Shown here one piece after another: positions 59,083-64,000 of a stretch of DNA of 64,000 bases. Made by a program: the position numbers and the translations under genes. The stretch comes from an uncultured virus (IMG/VR IMGVR_UViG_3300025767_000004) (lineage: Duplodnaviria > Heunggongvirae > Uroviricota > Caudoviricetes). Each line of letters begins with the position of its first letter. The stretch's first letter is position 1. Below the pieces are notes generated by a model, which was not told the DNA's origin, ran no database searches, and worked only from the letters and a program-made list of their open reading frames with translations. The stretch lies in the IMG/VR virus record IMGVR_UViG_3300025767_000004; one strand, given 5' to 3'.

Positions 59083-59325
59083 TTAATTAGACCCCGAAAT
59101 ACGTTCCGTATTCATTATTTGGTCTAACTTAGTGGATGTGATATGAATCTGTTCCCTGATTTCTTTTACTTTGTCTGTTGTGGTATCTGTAGATTTTAAG
59201 TGACTAACACTTACTGGAGTTTGGAGTCTACAATGATGTCCAGTCTCTGTGGTTGAAACTAGTAATATAGTGAATGTCATTAACAATAATGTAACGACTG
59301 TCGGTATATATTTATTCTTTTTCAA
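59083..59325 (-). CDS. Membrane-anchored coiled-coil protein
   Basis: N-terminal TM. Confidence 0.55.
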   Translation of the reverse strand: MKKNKYIPTVVTLLLMTFTILLVSTTETGHHCRLQTPVSVSHLKSTDTTTDKVKEIREQIHITSTKLDQIMNTERISGSN

Positions 59326-59566
59326 GTTTTTCTAAAATTTTATCAACTTTACCGTCTACAGATTTAAGGTCTCTCTTGATGTAGTCTAATTCTACTTGTA
59401 GAGCCTCAGGATTTACCTTTTCTAATTTCTGTTCCATTCTCTCAACCTTATCCTTAAGTAACTCAGTCTTAGTATCCATACGATAGTATAGACCAACTGC
59501 AGATAAAATAAGAACAGTTATCGTGATGTAATCTTTAAGTGCGAATTTTGGTGCCGTTATTGCCAT
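59312..59566 (-). CDS. Membrane-anchored coiled-coil protein
   Basis: One TM plus heptad-rich tail; TATTTAT upstream. Confidence 0.65.
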   Translation of the reverse strand: MAITAPKFALKDYITITVLILSAVGLYYRMDTKTELLKDKVERMEQKLEKVNPEALQVELDYIKRDLKSVDGKVDKILEKLEKE

Positions 59567-59690
59567 GTTTAAAATCTTATACTAATAAATATCATTAAAA
59601 AATAGAAACTACAAACTTAAATAAAGTTTTTTTTAACTTATTTAATTTATTTAGTCTCTTTATATAAATACCTTAAAAAAGTTTTTACAA

Positions 59691-59722
59691 AAAAAAACCT
59701 CTGCAGTTTTACTACAGAGGTT
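59691..59722 (-). terminator. Terminator of the large ncRNA
   Basis: Minus strand AACCTCTGTAG-TAAAA-CTGCAGAGGTT with T-run. Confidence 0.8.
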
Positions 59723-59729
59723 GAGGGGT

Positions 59730-60540
59730 ATTGAACGCTGAGACTACACGTCTATGTGATTCGTCTTTAGGTGGTGTACCTCAATGATGAGTTGCCATCC
59801 TGTCCACCATACTTTAGTATAGTATCGAATCAGTGTCGGTTATTTACGTGAACCACTCGTTTCGTTGAACAACTACTCAACTACAAAATTAAACTATCGA
59901 ATCTTGCGGACTCACTAAGGGCTGACCACCCACTAATTTTATCGTAATCGACATCGGAAGACTTGCGGTCTTACGAAGACTTCATTAATCCTATGGACCT
60001 GAAGTATTAGACACCTTTCGTTGTCAACGCCTGAAGTCTTTTGCTTGTATCTATCTTATAATAGTAGCAAAATGTGAGTTAAGTAAAGATGTGCTTCAGG
60101 AGAAGGTTCATTCCTTTTGGGAAAGAAATACTTCACACCTTTATGTAAGTCTGTCAACCTACGGTATTTCAGGACTACGTTTACTTTAACGTATCGGTAA
60201 CCCTTAATACTGGTACTCAGCCCTACAATATCTGACAGGATATGTCGAACCGTCACCTGTGGTTTATCCTATTGGTATCACTACCTCAACTTCGAAATCT
60301 CACAAATTCAAAGTATCTTCTTTCCCTCAACAGTTGTCCTCAGGAAATTAGACGTTACCACTTTGTTTAGTTGTCAGAGTTAAACTCTGCGGGTTTCCAA
60401 TAGATACTACTCTACCTTCTACCCCTTTAGTCCTGTTGCCAGGTTTATCTAACGACGCTAAACCGCCAATTTGATTATATATTTACACTTTTTAAAGGGG
60501 GTTAATCCATCAACAAAATATTGATATAATCAAACTAATA
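59730..60540 (-). ncRNA. Large structured RNA, GOLLD-like
   Basis: ~800 nt, GC-richer than flanks, no credible ORF, many hairpins with GNRA loops; 3' part GAAACGAGTGG..TAACCGACACTG..GGTGGA..TAAAGA..GTGTAGTCTCAGC recalls GOLLD; own promoters and terminator. Confidence 0.7.
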
Positions 60541-60548
60541 CATTAAAT

Positions 60549-60705
60549 AAAGAACTCGTCTAAATTTTATTACCTTACAAATCTAAGGATAGTTTTTCAT
60601 TATGTCAAACTATTTTTTAAATTTTTAAGGTTTTTTTTGTATTTGTTATAATCTTAACGACTTTAACTATACAAATGTAGAAAATAAATATAACAGTATC
60701 AACTA
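60549..60705 (-). promoter_or_regulatory. Tandem Bacteroidota-type promoters plus boxA-like motif
   Basis: TTGACA..TAGATTTG (~60578-60608) and TTG..TACATTTG (~60672-60702); AGTTCTTT at 60549-60556. Confidence 0.65.
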
Positions 60706-60739
60706 AAGTTCTATTTTATTTGACACTTTTTTTAGTTTT

Positions 60740-62575
60740 CTACTCTACCGTCACACTTTTTGCTAAGTTTCTAGGTTTGTCAACGTCTTTACCATTCAAT
60801 GATGCGATTTTATACGATAGTAATTGTAGTGGTACAACCGTCAATAACGGAGATACATACTCATTAACTTCATCAATATAAATTACGTCATCAACAATAG
60901 TCTTAGTCATTTCATCACCTTTGTAACAAATAGCAATAACTTTACCACCTCTCGCCTTTACCTCTTGGATATTAGATAAAACTTTATCGTAGTGAGGACC
61001 TGATTGTGCTATGAACACACTAGGACAATTCTCATCAATCAGAGCGATTGGTCCGTGTTTCATCTCACCAGCAGGATATCCCTCAGCATGAATATAAGAT
61101 ATCTCTTTTAGTTTTAACGCTCCCTCCAATGCAGTTGGGAAGTTAATACCTCGACCCATAAATAAAAAGTCTTCATAGTCCTTATACTTTTCAGCAATTC
61201 TAAATATCTCTTCCTTATTATCAAGTATGTTCTTAATCTTCTCAGGAATAAATCTTAGAGACTGTTTGATATTATAGAACTCATGGTCTGTAATGTTATT
61301 AAGTTGTTTCGATAGTTTTAACGCCAACAACATAAAAGCCGTCACCTGTCCTGTGTACGCCTTTGTAGATGCAACCCCAATCTCAATACCTGAGTGTGTG
61401 TATATTCCGGCATCTACCATACGTGCGATTGAAGAACCAACGGAATTGACCACACCGAATAAAGTAGCACCCCTTTCCTTAGCCATCTCCAATGCCGCTT
61501 TGGTATCTGCAGTTTCTCCTGACTGAGAAATCGCAATAACAACATCTCCGTGTTGAATAATAGGATTACGATATCTGAACTCAGACGCGTAATCAACCTC
61601 AACGGGTATTCGGGTTAAATTCTCAATTAAGTATTTCCCCACTAACCCAGCGTGCCAACTAGTACCACAAGCAACAATAAAAATACGTTGTGCTCTTAAT
61701 AGTTTTGGTAATATACTCTCCGTTCCTCCCATCATAAGTGGTAAGTCCCCGTCTGTTAAACGACCCCGTAAGCAATTTAAAATGGTTTCTGGTTGTTCAG
61801 CAATTTCCTTTAACATAAAAGAATCAAAACCACCTTTCTCGATTGTTTCTAAGTCTAAATCAACTTTCTCAATCACAGGATTAACATCTTTATTATCCAT
61901 ATCAATAATACGAATACCACCCTCTGTAATTGTGGCAATCTGATTATCCTCGACATAAATAATGTCATCCGTATGAGTAAGGATTGGAGTGGCATCGGAT
62001 GCAACCATAAAGTAGTCCTCACCGATACCTATCGCCATTGGTGAACTTTTCCTTGCGGTTACAACCTTATCCTCGTTAGTATCCATCACTAAGATAGCAT
62101 ACGCTCCAACAACTTCTTTTAGTGAGAGTCTAACAGACTCCTCTAATGAACATTCACACTTTACCTTAACATAGTGAATCCAATTCACCAAAACTTCAGT
62201 GTCAGTATCCGAATGGAATTCATACCCTTCAGACTTTAACTTAGTTTTAAGTGTTTCGTAATTCTCAATAATTCCGTTATGGACTAATGTGATTGTCCCA
62301 TCGTTGGATGAGTGTGGGTGGGCATTTCTAACTTCAGGTGCTCCGTGGGTAGCCCAACGAGTATGACCAATAACCATATTAGTCTCACTAAATGTACTAT
62401 CCAACTTATTAACCAATTGGTCAACACCTCCCACCGCTCGAGTAACAGTAATCCCGTCTTTAGTACGTATCGCAATACCTGAAGAATCATACCCTCGATA
62501 TTCCAAACGAAACAATCCGTTGATTACTTTATTGACCGGTGAGTCATTACCTATATATCCTACAATCCCACACAT
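60740..62575 (-). CDS. glmS: Glutamine--fructose-6-phosphate aminotransferase
   Basis: MCGIVGY, RLEYRGYDS, GHTRWATHG, SQSGET, ends PRNLAKSVTVE. Confidence 0.97.
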   Translation of the reverse strand: MCGIVGYIGNDSPVNKVINGLFRLEYRGYDSSGIAIRTKDGITVTRAVGGVDQLVNKLDSTFSETNMVIGHTRWATHGAPEVRNAHPHSSNDGTITLVHNGIIENYETLKTKLKSEGYEFHSDTDTEVLVNWIHYVKVKCECSLEESVRLSLKEVVGAYAILVMDTNEDKVVTARKSSPMAIGIGEDYFMVASDATPILTHTDDIIYVEDNQIATITEGGIRIIDMDNKDVNPVIEKVDLDLETIEKGGFDSFMLKEIAEQPETILNCLRGRLTDGDLPLMMGGTESILPKLLRAQRIFIVACGTSWHAGLVGKYLIENLTRIPVEVDYASEFRYRNPIIQHGDVVIAISQSGETADTKAALEMAKERGATLFGVVNSVGSSIARMVDAGIYTHSGIEIGVASTKAYTGQVTAFMLLALKLSKQLNNITDHEFYNIKQSLRFIPEKIKNILDNKEEIFRIAEKYKDYEDFLFMGRGINFPTALEGALKLKEISYIHAEGYPAGEMKHGPIALIDENCPSVFIAQSGPHYDKVLSNIQEVKARGGKVIAICYKGDEMTKTIVDDVIYIDEVNEYVSPLLTVVPLQLLSYKIASLNGKDVDKPRNLAKSVTVE

Positions 62576-62581
62576 ATAATA

Positions 62582-62797
62582 CTATCCTACTAATGTACCT
62601 TTAAGACTTCTAAGAGCCTCCATCTTATCTTTTGCCGATGCTAATTGGTCGATAAGACCATCAATCTCTTCCGTGTGTTGTGGGTGTTCCCCAATCGCCA
62701 CAGGGTTTTTGAAATAAATGGTTAATCTTGCCGTTGCATCTGCAATATCAGATTCGTACTTTTTGACTGTTGCGTCGTATAATAATTCACTAATCAT
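62582..62797 (-). CDS. Small conserved phage-type protein
   Basis: Y..NPVAIGEHP coiled-coil hairpin. Confidence 0.7.
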   Translation of the reverse strand: MISELLYDATVKKYESDIADATARLTIYFKNPVAIGEHPQHTEEIDGLIDQLASAKDKMEALRSLKGTLVG

Positions 62798-62814
62798 AAT
62801 TCTGTTTTTTAGTT

Positions 62815-63870
62815 TTACTTTATAAATGTAGTATTTGTTTTTAGTCTTTTCAAGCTCTCGATAAACATTTTTATCACAGATTCTACATCATCTTTATGTG
62901 CCATCTCAACAGTTGTATGCATGTACTTTAATGGTGTTGCAACAATCGCAGTTGGTATACCACCATCAGCTAAGAAGAATCCCATAGTGTCGTTACCATA
63001 CGAACCAATCGTTAGTTGGTAAGGTATCTCATTTTCATCTCCAACTGTTCTGAATAACTCAATCAACTGTCTATGGTTTTGTGCGGTGTGTTCAATAGCG
63101 CAACCGTTACCACCAATAGTCTCACAGTCCTTCTTAACATCATACATCGGTGCCTTTGTGATATGACACACATCAGTTACCAATGCAACATCTGGTTTGA
63201 TATTATTAGCAATCATTCTCGCTCCGTACAATCCAACTTCCTCCTGTACTGAATTGACAACATACAAATCAAACGGTAACTTATCACCATTCTCTTTTAA
63301 TCTACGAGTAACCTCTGCGATGATGTAACCACCAATCTTATTATCCAATGCCTTTCCAACATAATAGTTACCCATCTCGTGTAGTCGGTCATCGAAGTTT
63401 ACAATGTTACCCACTTCAATACCCATTTCGATAACCTCATCCTTAGAACTCGCACCCACATCGATAAAGTTATTCTTCAATGATGGATTGTCCTCTTTGT
63501 CTTTTCTTACGTGAATCGCTGGCCAACCAAATACTCCCTTTAGTCTACCGTTCTTTCTCGTATGAATAACCACTGTTTTTGATGGGGCAATCTGATGGTC
63601 TGAACCACCGTGTCTAACCACATATACAAAACCGTCAGCATCAATGTGAGAAATCATCCATGAAATCTCATCACAATGTGCCTCAATAACAACTTTCTGT
63701 GCTCCTTCAATACCTGACTTTACAATACCATAAGCAGTACCATAGTTATCGTGATGAATCTCATCAACATACTCAGTTAAATAATCCGTCCACACCTTTT
63801 GTCCCTCACCTTCTTCGGCAACAGGAGAATACGCATTTAGGTAATCATATAAAAATTCCTTACTGTCCAT
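62815..63870 (-). CDS. M42 family aminopeptidase
   Basis: AHCDEI, ALDNK.G, VQEEVG..GA, DV, YMHT.VE; start moved to 63870. Confidence 0.9.
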   Translation of the reverse strand: MDSKEFLYDYLNAYSPVAEEGEGQKVWTDYLTEYVDEIHHDNYGTAYGIVKSGIEGAQKVVIEAHCDEISWMISHIDADGFVYVVRHGGSDHQIAPSKTVVIHTRKNGRLKGVFGWPAIHVRKDKEDNPSLKNNFIDVGASSKDEVIEMGIEVGNIVNFDDRLHEMGNYYVGKALDNKIGGYIIAEVTRRLKENGDKLPFDLYVVNSVQEEVGLYGARMIANNIKPDVALVTDVCHITKAPMYDVKKDCETIGGNGCAIEHTAQNHRQLIELFRTVGDENEIPYQLTIGSYGNDTMGFFLADGGIPTAIVATPLKYMHTTVEMAHKDDVESVIKMFIESLKRLKTNTTFIK

Positions 63871-63904
63871 ATTTATTAATTTAATACTATTTATTAAAAG
63901 AAAT

Positions 63905-64000
63905 ATGAATATAAAATTTAAAGATATCAACTTACCAGTCACTTTATGTGTCACTCCAGAACAAATACGTAAAGGTATTCAGGGGTTGGACTCATTAAAC
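63905..64000 (+). CDS. Possible DUF192 family protein (5' part)
   Basis: MNIKFKDINLPVTLCVTPEQIRKGIQG runs off the window. Confidence 0.5.
   Translation, partial: MNIKFKDINLPVTLCVTPEQIRKGIQGLDSLN

Noticed and set aside
59083..59566. Holin/spanin pair
   Set aside because: TM plus coiled-coil only; no endolysin nearby and no clear lipobox
60056..60256. 66-aa ORF
   Set aside because: Lies inside the large structured RNA; no credible start context
62576..62815. glmS ribozyme upstream of glmS
   Set aside because: Upstream space is occupied by a coding gene only 6 bp away
1..64000. tRNA, rRNA, integrase or transposase genes; bacterial chromosome origin of the window
   Set aside because: No cloverleaf other than the tmRNA and no mobile-element enzymes seen by eye; host-like genes (glmS, M42, cysC) are scattered among phage-type orphans rather than in bacterial operons

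Overview
AT-rich, densely coding segment that reads as the accessory region of a large (jumbo-type) dsDNA phage. The likely host is a Bacteroidota/Flavobacteriia bacterium, given TTG-N19/20-TAnnTTTG promoters, Bacteroidota-style lipoproteins and a T9SS-like cargo protein. No capsid, terminase or polymerase gene is recognisable, so the phage call rests on gene content (T4 Rnl1-like ligase, split Pnk domains, DHFR, many 2OG-Fe(II) oxygenases, many short orphans). Main non-coding features: (1) a tmRNA gene (123-769) interrupted in its T-loop by a 225-nt ORF-less group I intron; (2) a ~0.8-kb structured RNA on the minus strand (~59730-60540), GOLLD-like, with tandem host-type promoters, a boxA-like motif and a terminator; (3) a ~1-kb gene-free region (44500-45520) with a strand-skew inversion, G-tracts, DnaA-box-like and MraZ-box-like motifs and duplicated convergent promoters, a candidate origin; (4) several small repeat or sRNA candidates, including a 3x51-bp array at 19181-19454 and an SD-mimic at 2780-2885. 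Coding content includes an apparent glycan-building and sulfation toolkit (glmS, Ugd-like, degenerate RmlC, TagD-like, GT34 and DUF6734-like transferases, CysC with an HxGH nucleotidyltransferase, three sulfotransferases), RNA repair enzymes, and a large set of orphans sharing an upstream TATTTAT motif and (I/L)-x-E motifs suggestive of protease-processed head-packaged proteins. All family assignments come from motif recognition by eye, not database searches.
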